DNA from: Ignavibacteriota bacterium
Lineage (GTDB): Bacteria > Bacteroidota > Ignavibacteria > UBA10030 > CAVZMI01
Length of the DNA: 34,106 bases
NCBI GenBank assembly: GCA_963776275.1
Contig: CAVZMI010000016.1
Location: 1 to 34,106 of the forward strand
Direction: 5' to 3'
Shown: positions 10,645 through 20,579 of the stretch, in pieces
How positions within the stretch are numbered: the first letter of the stretch is position 1
Layout: every line of letters starts with the position of its first letter
The notes under the pieces: generated by a model
What the model was told of the DNA's origin: nothing
What the model saw: the letters and a program-made list of their open reading frames with translations, nothing else
Database searches by the model: none
Position numbers and translations under genes: made by a program

Positions 10645-11253
10645 ATGAAAACAGGATTGCTGGTTGCTCTGATCGTCGTTGGGCTTCTCATTCTTTTTAG
10701 TCTGGGAATTATTATGTGGGGTACCGGAATTTACAATAATTTTGTGCAGCAGGACGAAGGAATAAAAGGAGCATGGAGTCAGGTAGAAAATCAATACCAG
10801 CGTCGGTACGATCTGATTCCAAATCTCGTCGAAACCGTCAAAGGATTTGCATCTCAGGAGCAGAAAGTCCTGATTGGTGTCACAGAAGCCAGGGCAAAAG
10901 TCGGCCAGATGAAGGTAACGCCAGAGGTACTTAATGATCCACAAAACTTCAAACAATTCCAGCAGGCACAGGATAATCTTTCGGGTGCTCTTTCCAGGTT
11001 AATGGTCGTTGTAGAACAATATCCCCAATTGAAATCCGATAAGAATTTTCTTGAACTTCAAGCACAACTCGAAGGAACCGAAAATCGAATCGCAGTAGAG
11101 CGGAAAAGGTACAATGAAGTTGTCCAGACGTATAACACCAGTGTCCGCGTATTTCCACGATCGATGATTGCCGGCATGTTCGGATTCCAGCAGAAACCAT
11201 ATTTTGAGGCCGAGACAGGCGCCGAGAAAGCACCTAAAGTCAATTTTCAATGA
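10645..11253 (+). CDS. lemA: LemA family protein
   Basis: N-terminal TM, WSQVENQYQRRYDLIPNLVETVKG, YPQLKS, LEGTENRIAVER, APKVNF. Confidence 0.95.
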   Translation: MKTGLLVALIVVGLLILFSLGIIMWGTGIYNNFVQQDEGIKGAWSQVENQYQRRYDLIPNLVETVKGFASQEQKVLIGVTEARAKVGQMKVTPEVLNDPQNFKQFQQAQDNLSGALSRLMVVVEQYPQLKSDKNFLELQAQLEGTENRIAVERKRYNEVVQTYNTSVRVFPRSMIAGMFGFQQKPYFEAETGAEKAPKVNFQ

Positions 11254-12008
11254 AAAAAAAATTTGTTACATGTCTTGTAGTGTGTCTCGGACTGATATCA
11301 CTCCATCTGCAGGCACAGAATCTTAAAATCCCGGTACTTCATTCGCGGGTAACAGATTTATCGGGAACGTTGAGTTCTTCCGAGCAGCAATCGCTCGAGC
11401 GGCTGCTGGCCGCTTACGAAGATTCGACGACGACACAGATTGCCGTTCTTCTAATCCCGACCTTAAATGGTGAAGATCTTTTCGAGTATACACAGACTGT
11501 TGCCGAGAAAAATAAAATCGGAACCAAAGAACATAACAATGGTATTTTACTTCTCGTCGTAATGAACGATCATAAAATACGTATACATGTCGGATACGGA
11601 CTTGAAGGAGCATTACCCGACGCTACTTCAAAATTAATCATCGAGAACGAAATATTACCTCAGTTTCGCGATGGACAGTATTACGACGGAATTCTTTCGG
11701 GTACCAGAGCGATCAAAGAAGCCATAGGGGGTGAATATAGAGTCGAAAAAACCCGGCACCGGTCGAGTCGTAATTTCGGTTGGCCCATAATTGTCACTAT
11801 TATTATTTTGTTCTCGATCATCTCACGGATGGCTCGTGGAGCAGGTGCGATGGTTCACGGACGGGGATATCGACGCTATTCGTCAGGATGGGGTGGATTA
11901 TGGTGGGGCGGGTTTGGAGGGGGTGGTTTTGGAAGCGGAGGTTTCGGAGGCGGATGGAGTGGAGGAGGGGGCTCGTTCGGCGGCGGGGGAGCGAGTGGAA
12001 GCTGGTGA
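11250..12008 (+). CDS. TPM-domain (YgcG/DUF477-like) membrane protein with Gly-rich tail
   Basis: Signal peptide, RVTDLSGTLS, NNGILLLV, IHVGYGLEGALPD and terminal GGGGSFGGGGASGSW; ATGA overlap with lemA. Confidence 0.93.
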   Translation: MKKKFVTCLVVCLGLISLHLQAQNLKIPVLHSRVTDLSGTLSSSEQQSLERLLAAYEDSTTTQIAVLLIPTLNGEDLFEYTQTVAEKNKIGTKEHNNGILLLVVMNDHKIRIHVGYGLEGALPDATSKLIIENEILPQFRDGQYYDGILSGTRAIKEAIGGEYRVEKTRHRSSRNFGWPIIVTIIILFSIISRMARGAGAMVHGRGYRRYSSGWGGLWWGGFGGGGFGSGGFGGGWSGGGGSFGGGGASGSW

Positions 12009-12028
12009 CATTTAAAAAATAAATATTG

Positions 12029-15000
12029 ATGGAACAGACTCAAACGAACATATCACTGGATGTCGCAACGCTGCTGCACAACATTCATGATGCACTTCTC
12101 ATTTGCGATCCGAATGGCATGGTTCTCGAAGTAAGCAGCGAGACTTCGCATCTACTCGGACAACCGGTAACATCTCTTCAGAATCGATCGATCGTCAGTT
12201 TCCTACCGCATGATCATCGTGATTCAGTAACTAGATTTTTTTCACCCAAATCCCGTTTGAACCGTCATACTGTGATATTCCCGTTCCACCGGACACATAA
12301 AGATGTACTCTCCCTCAAATTGGTGCTCCAGCGCTCGAAAAATTTTACCTTCTGCTCGCTAAGACCGGAAAACGAACACCCGACGGACGGGCATGATGTC
12401 CACGATAGGTACCACAAATTCATCAGTAGTTCGAAAGAGGGAATTGCAATCATTACCGAAGGAAAAATCGAGCATGCCAACAAGACCTTCCTGACGATCT
12501 ATGGATATCGGTCGCTTGCTGAAGTGAAACATAAGCAGTTCTCTTCTTTCATTGCACCCAAGGACCGGAAAAATATTCTTGAATTCATCGATGCACTTCG
12601 TTCGGGTAAGCCTGCACCCACCCGCTATGGATATACCGGAGTGAAAAAAGACGGTAAACCCATTGATGTCGAAGTGATTTCTACAATGATTCCTCATAAA
12701 GGAAAACTCTCTGTACTTGCTTTCCATCAGGATATTACTGATCGAAAGCGTCATGAAGCGGAATTCAAGGAATCAGGGAATCGGCTTCGATTGCTATCGG
12801 CGGCATTTATGAATTCCACCGATGCAATTACAATCATCGATCTTGAAGGGAATGTTCTGTATATCAATAAAGCCCGTGAAAAATTGCTCGGACACGGCGA
12901 TATAAAGATTATCGGAATAAACGGCGATATCCATGATACCCAAACAGAACAGACAATCTCACGTAGTATAGTCGCAGAAACAGTCGAGCATGGGACATGG
13001 ACGGGTGAAGTCCAGTATCAATTGAAAAATGGCAAGACGATTACGGTGCTATTATCCACTTCGCTAATTTCGGACGAGAAAGGAATTCCGATCGCGGTTG
13101 TAGGTAGTGCACGTGATATTACAGAACGAAAGCACCTGGAACTTGAATTAAGTGAATCGGAACGTCTCTTCCACAATGTTGTCAATACTATGGGTGATGC
13201 GGTGCTTCTTACCGATCTGCAAGGGGCCGTTCTTGATGTCAATAAGGAATTTGAATTAATCACGGGGTATTCCAAGAAGGAAGTTCTCGGGCTGCCGTTT
13301 CCATATCCGTGGCTTATTGAAGAGGACATGCCGAGGTATGTTACGTGGATTTCAGAATTACGCACTAAAAATTATATGCATGATTTCGACATGCGCTGGA
13401 TCACTAAGGATCGTTATGAAGTCCCAATCAGCCTGAATACGACATTGATGCGAAACGAACTCGGCGATCCAGTTGCGATGCTGAACATCGCGCGGGATAT
13501 TACGGAACGTAAAAAGCTTTCGGTTGCGTTGGAGAACAGGACGCGTCAGATTGAGATGCTCAATCGGATTATCGGTCATGTCAACGTCGGTATGATGAAT
13601 GACGATGTGCTTCAGGTCATCTGTAACGAATTGTTGACGTTTTTTTCCTTCGAACATATAACCATTGTACTCCTCGATCACACACGACAATTTTTGAACG
13701 TATACGGAGTAATTCATCGTGTCGAAGGCGTTCTCAAGCGGGGATCACGATTTCCGCTGAGTTATTCACTTGCAAAATTTCCCATTGAATGGATGCAGCC
13801 TGTATTGTACAACGATCTGGATCTTGAAAGTGAAGAAATCAAAGATACGATCGGATATCGGCATGGAGTTCGGGCGTTTTTATCGGTTCCCATTCTTTTT
13901 CAGGGGAATGTAATCGGCGCATTCAGCCTATCGAGCCATGAGAAGAATGTTTTCCCCCCGAGTGCGCTTTCAATTCTTCATCCGATTGTCGAGCAGATCG
14001 GTCTATCGATTGAAAAGACACGACTATACACCGAACTTAGGAACTCCGAAGAGAAATACCGGCTATTGGTCGAGACAGCACGCGACATGGTTTTTTCGAT
14101 CGATCTTGAAGGCCGATTCCGGTATGTGAGCCCGAGTGCCTTTTCACTCACCGGTTATACTGTGGAGGAACTGCTTGATCTTGGCGTATCCGATAAAATC
14201 ATTTATGAAGATGATTATCCACGTCTCAAAGCCTTACTCAGACTTCTTAAGCACAGCCGGGACGTCTTCACGAATGTGAAGAATATCGAATCCCGGTTTA
14301 TTCATAAAGACGGGATGACGATATGGGTCTCGATATCGTGGACACCGATCTTCGATGAGGAAGGGTATATCAGCGGTGTCCAGGGAATTCTCCATGATAT
14401 CACGGAACGGAAAACATCAGAACAAAAAATTAATAAGCAGCTGAATCAGCTGAATGTTTTATACGATTTCAGCCGTCGGATTACTTCATCGCTTAATGCC
14501 CGGGAAATCGGTGAGTTGATGTTCAGGTTTGCCGAAAGGATTATTCCTTTTGATGCGTTCTTTATCGATACATACGATCAAACACGCAAGATGCTTTTAC
14601 CGCTGATTTCGGTAGATACGGTAGGTGGGAAGAAAGTCATGCTGCCCGGACCGTTTGATCAGATTAAATTGGATCCTGCAACAGCCCTCTTCACCGCAAT
14701 TGTCGAAAAACGTTCCGTCATGATCGACAGAGTAGATGACGATTCTCAAATATTTATTTCAATACATCAACGTCCCTCACATCATACAGCGTCGTTAATT
14801 TTCGTTCCGATGTTCTCGAAGGAACGGATATTGGGAGGCCTTTCTATACAGAGTTCGATGTCGGAAATCTATACAAATGATCACCTTCATCTGATCGAGA
14901 GTATTGCAAACCTTGCCGCTCTTGCAATTGAAAAGGCAACCCTTTATGAAGAGACTGTAATGAAATCTTTTGAGATCCATGCCGGAACAAGGAACTTGAT

Positions 15001-15654
15001 GATTTTACTTATGTCGTTTCCCACGATCTAAAAGAACCGCTTCTCAGCATTGAAGGATTCAGCAAGATTCTATTTAACGATTTCGCGGAGGGACTTGGGG
15101 AAGAGGGGGCGGATTTTCTTCATTCCATAACCGAGTCATGCCGGCGTATGAAGACGTTAATTAACGATCTTCTTGAGCTTTCACGCATCGGCCGGATGGT
15201 TGATTCATCGGAACAGGTCTCTATCGAGGAGGTTATTAAGGAGATTCAAGAAGATCTCGAGTTTTCGCTTCGGGATCGAAACGCAGAACTTGTTGTCCAG
15301 CATCCGCTTCCGTCTATCACCGGGAACAGTATCCATTTCAAGATTGTATTCCGAAATCTGATCTCGAACGCCTTGAAATTCAACCTCTCAGCGACGCCGC
15401 GTGTAGAGGTCGGATGGGACGAAGATCCGGTCGTGTACCGGTTCTGGGTTCGTGATAATGGAATTGGTATTGATGAGAGGTATTTTGATAAAATATTTAT
15501 TATCTTCCAGCGGTTGCATCCCATCGAGGAATATGAGGGGACGGGAGCGGGGTTGACAATCGTGAAGAAAATTATTGAAATCCACAAAGGGAAGATCTGG
15601 GTCACGTCGACAGTGGGTGAGGGTTCGACCTTTTTCTTCACCATACCCAAGTAA
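12029..15654 (+). CDS. Cytoplasmic multi-sensor histidine kinase (~5 PAS + 2 GAF + HisKA + HATPase, ~1200 aa); 1-nt frameshift at ~14980
   Basis: Repeated PAS/PAC ends (DITDRK, DITERK x3) and two GAF-like segments. After the frame change: NKELDDFTYVVSHDLKEPL (H-box, CAC 15022), NLISNALKF, DNGIGI, IFQRLH, GTGAGL, GEGSTFFFTIP. No TM helix seen. Confidence 0.88.
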
Positions 15655-15696
15655 TAGCACCGTCATATTCACAATGCACAACCATAGGGGGAATAG

Positions 15697-16200
15697 TTGA
15701 CTAACGTAGGACAGGAATTATCGATACTCATTGTTGACGACAATCCAGACCATATTCGAATTATTTCCTGGGCTCTGGAACAAAACAAAAATAAAGTACG
15801 GACTATTCTCGTCCGCGACGGACAGACAGCCCTTGATTATCTGACGTCGAAAAGTTCAGTCGATGAATCAGGTAACCCGGCGGCACAGCCCGATTTAATT
15901 TTTCTCGATTTGAATTTACCAAAAGTCGACGGACGGGAAGTCCTGAGGTTCATCAAATCAACGCCGACATACCGTCGTATTCCGGTGATCGTATTCAGCA
16001 GCTCGGAGCGGCAGGAAGATATATCGATTGCTTACGAGCTGGGTGCAAATACCTATATTAGCAAATCTACAGTGTTCGATGAATTTTCCCAGGCGATGGA
16101 TATAATCAACCGATATTGGGGGCAAATCGCACTGTTACCACATACTAACCCGGAAGGAACCGATGCAATCACCAATTTCCATTCTGCTGATCGAGGATAA
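15697..16200 (+). CDS. Stand-alone response regulator (Rcp1-like receiver)
   Basis: ILIVDDNPD, PDLIFLDLNLPKVDGREVL, IPVIVFSSS, AYELGANTYISK; TTG start after GGGGGA. Confidence 0.9.
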   Translation: MTNVGQELSILIVDDNPDHIRIISWALEQNKNKVRTILVRDGQTALDYLTSKSSVDESGNPAAQPDLIFLDLNLPKVDGREVLRFIKSTPTYRRIPVIVFSSSERQEDISIAYELGANTYISKSTVFDEFSQAMDIINRYWGQIALLPHTNPEGTDAITNFHSADRG

Positions 16201-16837
16201 CCATAATTTTGTTCGTCTGGTCAATCTCTATCTTCAGAAAAATGAAACAACCAAATTCGAGATCACCGCAAAGGAAACCGGCTCCGATGCGTTGAAGTGG
16301 CTCGAGGAAGGTCACTCTGCCGATGCGATCCTCATGGATTACTTTCTCCCCGGACACAATGGGCTTGAGGTGACACGAATGCTTAACGAGCGGGGATTTA
16401 CTATACCGGTTATTTTTCTGACCGTTAATAAAGATATTTCCCTCGCAATCGAAGCAATGAAACTAGGTATCGAAGGGTATTTGGTTAAAGAAGAGATTTC
16501 GACGCCTGTCTTGCCCCGCACAATCGTCAGTGTTCTTGAAAAAGTGAAACTCCGCCACCGCCTCTCCGAACTGGAAATCAGTCAGAAACGGCTCGAAGCC
16601 GTACAGGAAATGGTCGTGAGCCTCAGTCAGGAATTGAATAATCCCATCACGGCGATGAAACTAAATGTGGATAGCCTCCTCCAGCGTGATTCGACAAAAG
16701 ATGTGAGAAGTTATCTTGTCATCATCCGCGATAATCTTGAACGCATGGAGAAAAAGATAGAACGACTTAAAGAATTAAAAGAAGATAAAACGGTTGTGTA
16801 TATTAAAGATCTTCGCATGTTTGACATATCATCATAG
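16163..16837 (+). CDS. Receiver-domain protein with C-terminal HisKA/DHp-like helices, lacking the His and an ATPase domain
   Basis: ILLIEDN, ILMDYFLPG, PVIFLT, GYLVK, then SLSQELNNPITAM. Confidence 0.82.
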   Translation: MQSPISILLIEDNHNFVRLVNLYLQKNETTKFEITAKETGSDALKWLEEGHSADAILMDYFLPGHNGLEVTRMLNERGFTIPVIFLTVNKDISLAIEAMKLGIEGYLVKEEISTPVLPRTIVSVLEKVKLRHRLSELEISQKRLEAVQEMVVSLSQELNNPITAMKLNVDSLLQRDSTKDVRSYLVIIRDNLERMEKKIERLKELKEDKTVVYIKDLRMFDISS

Positions 16838-16839
16838 CA

Positions 16840-17298
16840 ATGGGACGAAAAGATATCCATAAAATCCTATCCGAACAGGATATGCAGCAAGTTGCGGAAG
16901 TCATTCGTGAAATAGAAAAAACGACAGAAGGAGAGATTCGGGTCGCTCTTCGCGAAAAACGTCATTGGGGGGAGGGAAAACTATCACTCCACCAGCTTGC
17001 ACTGAAAGAATTCCATCGGCTTGGCGTGCATAAAACAGAAAAGCATATCGGCGTCCTGATTTTTCTCCTGATATCTGAACGGAAGTTCCATATCATAGCA
17101 GACGAGGGAATTCACGCGCAGGTTGAAGATGGGACTTGGGATGTACTTGCAGAGCAAATGAGCAGGCATTTTCGCGAAGGGAAGTTTTACGATGGGATTT
17201 GCGCAACGGCTCATGGAGTAGGCGATATTCTTGTGAAACATTTCCCGGCAAAAGCTGGTAATATTGATGAACTACCAGACAATGTCAGCGTATCATGA
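16840..17298 (+). CDS. Short TPM-domain protein (LemA-cluster partner)
   Basis: IEKTTEGEIRV, GVLIFLLISERKFHIIADEGI, HFP...DELPD. Confidence 0.88.
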   Translation: MGRKDIHKILSEQDMQQVAEVIREIEKTTEGEIRVALREKRHWGEGKLSLHQLALKEFHRLGVHKTEKHIGVLIFLLISERKFHIIADEGIHAQVEDGTWDVLAEQMSRHFREGKFYDGICATAHGVGDILVKHFPAKAGNIDELPDNVSVS

Positions 17299-17370
17299 GC
17301 GATGTCCGGCGGGACTCGCTGACATGACGTTATATTATCACAAACCGTTTGAGTGATCCTCCACTTATTC

Positions 17371-17399
17371 TTGATAATCACCCCTTTTTTTCGTACTTT
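17371..17399 (+). promoter_or_regulatory. Predicted sigma70-like promoter for the 17566-26993 gene run
   Basis: TTGATA-17 bp-TACTTT; predicted start ~17405-17406. Confidence 0.5.
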
Positions 17400-17405
17400 T
17401 ATCAA

Positions 17406-17520
17406 GTGTCTCGATTCAAAAATAACTTTAATAGGTTATAGCTAATTCGATTGCCATTTCCGGCAATCTAAAGTTGAACGGCGGCTTTCGGTCATTAAAG
17501 TTATTTTTGGTACTCGATAT
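17406..17520 (+). repeat. 115-bp nested hairpin element (REP/MITE-like or structured leader RNA)
   Basis: GTGTCTCGATT + perfect 16-bp arms CAAAAATAACTTTAAT (17417-17432) / ATTAAAGTTATTTTTG (17494-17509) + inner GATTGCC/GGCAATC hairpin (17449-17468) + GTACTCGATAT. Confidence 0.8.
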
Positions 17521-17565
17521 CAATTTAAATTTGGTCGGTATATCCTTCAATGGTTTGGAGTATCA

Positions 17566-18208
17566 GTGCGTGCATTGATGATCGTCTCATTCTTTTTTTT
17601 GTGCGTGGGAATGATACATACGGGATCAGGACATGCTCAGTCTCCTTCGCAATTACGACCGACCAACGTCGAACAACTACAGAAAATCGTCCGCTCTACA
17701 GTAGAGAAAGTTATTCAGGCAGAAGCATTTCAGCCTGGTCAGCGTATTCGGGTCAGGAACGTAAAAGATGAAAATAGCTGGCTCGTTAATCAGAGTACTT
17801 TCGATGTTTTATTTGCGCACGGTATAAAGGCGGTGGTCGCAGAAGCAGGGGATTCGGCGAATGCCGATGGAAATCTTGAAATTTTCCCGGTATCCCTCGG
17901 TGTTCGATATTCGCCGGTATTTCGCGATGGTCTCTTCAGTGAAGCACGGAACCGGACGAACCGTCGAGGGAAAATTCTCAGTCAGTGTTATCTGGAAGAA
18001 TGGATCGGTGGGTCTCGCAAAAGACTATACTGAAACTATCACGGATACAATCGCTGTCAGCGATCTTCCATCAATCGAGCATCCAACGTTACGGGCTGCA
18101 CGGGGTGAGCCACCTGCACAGGGTTTTTTTGATTCGCTGCTCGAACCGTTCGTCATTCTCGGCACACTCGCAATTGCCGTGTATCTTCTGTTCACAGTAC
18201 GAAGTTGA
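17566..18208 (+). CDS. Hypothetical exported protein with C-terminal membrane anchor; +1 frameshift at ~17950
   Basis: Signal-peptide-like N-terminus in ORF 17566-18033. C-terminal FFDSLLEPFVILGTLAIAVYLLFTVRS is in ORF 17861-18208. The span is 643 nt, one more than 214 codons. Confidence 0.65.
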
Positions 18209-19252
18209 ATGATGCGCGTACTCAGGACAATCCTGTTGCTCTCGATGGTGTTTGCGGCATCATCATACTGCCGGAGCGAGGAAGCGAATGACAGCTCGAG
18301 CAAATATGTGTCAATGTTGACATTCGGAGATGTTAATCTCGGGCGGCATGTCGGGAAAATGTTGCTACAGGGCGATACGCTTTATCCGTTTCGCAAGATC
18401 AGGCAGATCTTTACTACAACGGATATCGTATTTATCAATCTTGAAAGTCAGCTTTCAGACCAACAGGGAGAGACGCAGAATCCGAAAAATAATTTGATTT
18501 TTACAGGTCCGCCGCAGGGCGGTGCATCGTTAGCGCAGGCGGGAATCAACATTGTTTCAACGGCCAACAACCATGCATACGATTACGGATTCCAAGCCTT
18601 GAAAGAAACAATAGCAAATCTCGATGCGTCAAGAATATGGCATGTGGGGACGGCCATTGATTCAAGCCGTCGATACCGTCCGCTTGTAAGGCAGATTTCC
18701 GGGATTTCATTCGCTTTTTTTGCGGTCACAGAACCGATGAATTTCTCCTGTTGCGAATGGAAACCGTATATTGCTCTGGCCGATAGTGGAAAGCTTTTTC
18801 CGGAAATTCGAGCGATTCGTGACTCCGTTAACGTCGTAATTGTCAGTTACCACGGTGATGAAGAATACAAGGACAATCCGACAACCCGGCAAAAAAGATT
18901 CTTCCATCAGCTTGTTGAGGCAGGGGTCAATATCGTCTTGGGGCATCATAGCCATGTCCTGCAAGGAGTAGAAGTATATAAAGGGGGATGGTGTGTTTAT
19001 TCGCTGGGAAATTTTGTGTTCTCTCAGCCGAAGCGGAAGTGGACGCGGCTGAGTGCGGGTATTCGTTGGGTGTTTGAAAAGTATGAAGGTAAGGTAAGCA
19101 TCCGTTCGGTCACAATAATTCCGATCATGGCGGGAGTTCAACCTTCAGAATGTACCGATGCACGCGAACATAAGGAAATTCTTGATCGTGTCCATAGATT
19201 ATCAAATATCAAATTTCCGTGGTCGTTCAGTGATTCTTTACACATTGATTAA
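18209..19252 (+). CDS. CapA/PGA_cap family metallophosphatase-fold protein
   Basis: FGDVNLGR, INLES, STANNHAYDYG, VSYHG, GHHSHVLQ, YSLGNFVF. Confidence 0.9.
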   Translation: MMRVLRTILLLSMVFAASSYCRSEEANDSSSKYVSMLTFGDVNLGRHVGKMLLQGDTLYPFRKIRQIFTTTDIVFINLESQLSDQQGETQNPKNNLIFTGPPQGGASLAQAGINIVSTANNHAYDYGFQALKETIANLDASRIWHVGTAIDSSRRYRPLVRQISGISFAFFAVTEPMNFSCCEWKPYIALADSGKLFPEIRAIRDSVNVVIVSYHGDEEYKDNPTTRQKRFFHQLVEAGVNIVLGHHSHVLQGVEVYKGGWCVYSLGNFVFSQPKRKWTRLSAGIRWVFEKYEGKVSIRSVTIIPIMAGVQPSECTDAREHKEILDRVHRLSNIKFPWSFSDSLHID

Positions 19253-19262
19253 AAGGAGATCG

Positions 19263-20051
19263 ATGCGATATTTATTGCTGGCAGCATGCTGTTTTCTTTT
19301 CCTCATGGTAAATGGATGTGGGAGCGGTAAAGACTCGACTGCTCTCACGCCGGATGAGCGTTGGGAGCGAGCTAAACAGGCTTTCGAGAACGAGGATTAT
19401 CTGGATGCAATAGAAGATTTAAAAATCATCACGCTTCAATTCCAGGGAAGCGGCTATGGAGATTCGGCCCAATTTTATCTGGCAAAATGTTATTATAAAC
19501 GGAAAGAATATATCCTGGCTCAATACGAATTTGAAAATTTTATACGCACCCGTACCAGCAGCAAATTGCTTCCAAGCGCACGCTATCAACTGGGGATATG
19601 TTTCTACAGGTTATCGTCACAATCATCGCTTGATCAGCAGAATACGCGCAAGGCAATCGATGCATTCCAGTCGTTTATCGAATATAGTCCTGCAGATTCG
19701 CTTGTTCCTGATGTCGAAGCAAAAATCCGGGAATTGAACAACAAGCTTGCAGAACGAGAATATAAAATCGCCGAGCTCTATATGCGGATGCAATATTATC
19801 GTGCGGCGGTCATTTATTATGATGCGGTGCTTGAAAAATTCCATGATTCTGATCTGGCGGATGACGCACAGTTCGGCAAAGCGCGCGCGATGTTTATGAG
19901 AAAAAAGTATCCGGAAGCACACGATGAGATAGCGAGATTCTTCGAGCGATATCCCTCGAGCGACCGGCGTAGTGAAGGAGATGAGTTACGAATGGAAATT
20001 AATGCAAAGCTCAAGGGGCTGACCGACAAGGAGAAGACTCAGAAACCATAG
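19263..20051 (+). CDS. bamD: Outer membrane protein assembly lipoprotein BamD
   Basis: SD AAGGAG, lipobox VNGC, TPR helices, LDQQNTRKAIDAFQSFIEYSP, KLAEREYKIAELY. Confidence 0.9.
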   Translation: MRYLLLAACCFLFLMVNGCGSGKDSTALTPDERWERAKQAFENEDYLDAIEDLKIITLQFQGSGYGDSAQFYLAKCYYKRKEYILAQYEFENFIRTRTSSKLLPSARYQLGICFYRLSSQSSLDQQNTRKAIDAFQSFIEYSPADSLVPDVEAKIRELNNKLAEREYKIAELYMRMQYYRAAVIYYDAVLEKFHDSDLADDAQFGKARAMFMRKKYPEAHDEIARFFERYPSSDRRSEGDELRMEINAKLKGLTDKEKTQKP

Positions 20052-20065
20052 GCATTGAAGGGATC

Positions 20066-20545
20066 ATGAACGACTTCCCGAGATATGTGAAAAATTCGAT
20101 CGTTGAAATGACAGAGTACGTCTTCCCCAACGATACAAATCAAATGGGAAATCTGTACGGCGGACGATTGATGCACTGGCTGGATATTTGTGCCGCAATT
20201 TCGGCATCACGTCACAGCAATCGAGTATGTGTTACAGCATCGGTTGACGAGATCAACTTCATTCATCCGATTCATGTGGGTGAAGTTGTGATCCTCCGTG
20301 CGGAAGTGAATCGTGTTTTTCATACATCTATGGAAGTGGGCGTCAAAGTGTTTTCGCAAAATCTCCTCACTGGATCTCTCGCCCATACCAATACGGCATA
20401 TTTCACGTTTGTGAGTATTGATGAGAACGGGCATCCGGTCGAGGTTCCGCAAATTATCCCGGAATCCGAAGAGGAAAGACGCCGATACAATCAAGCCCTC
20501 AAACGAAGGGAGATCCGACTTCAACATAGGCAGAAACGTGGATGA
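20066..20545 (+). CDS. Acyl-CoA thioesterase (hotdog fold, YciA-like)
   Basis: VFPNDTNQMGNLYGGRLMHWLD, VTASVD, TSMEVGVKV, AYFTFVSID. Confidence 0.93.
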   Translation: MNDFPRYVKNSIVEMTEYVFPNDTNQMGNLYGGRLMHWLDICAAISASRHSNRVCVTASVDEINFIHPIHVGEVVILRAEVNRVFHTSMEVGVKVFSQNLLTGSLAHTNTAYFTFVSIDENGHPVEVPQIIPESEEERRRYNQALKRREIRLQHRQKRG

Positions 20546-20579
20546 TTCTGATCATTGCCGGTTTCGTTCTCTACTGGAC

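Noticed and set aside
11885-12005. G-rich tract as G-quadruplex or DNA repeat
   Set aside because: Explained by the conserved Gly-rich tail of the TPM protein.
14960-15030. Programmed frameshift or true split of the histidine kinase
   Set aside because: No slippery heptamer is evident, and similar 1-nt indels elsewhere appear to be errors.
16969-16976. KOPS-like GGGGAGGG pointing toward the dif candidate
   Set aside because: A single in-gene occurrence is not significant, and the KOPS motif of this lineage is unknown to me.
17417-17509. Integron attC site, 6S RNA or SRP RNA
   Set aside because: Ends do not fit RYYYAAC/GTTRRRY, and there is no cassette array or integrase. It is shorter than a typical 6S RNA, and the SRP GGAA-loop motif is absent.
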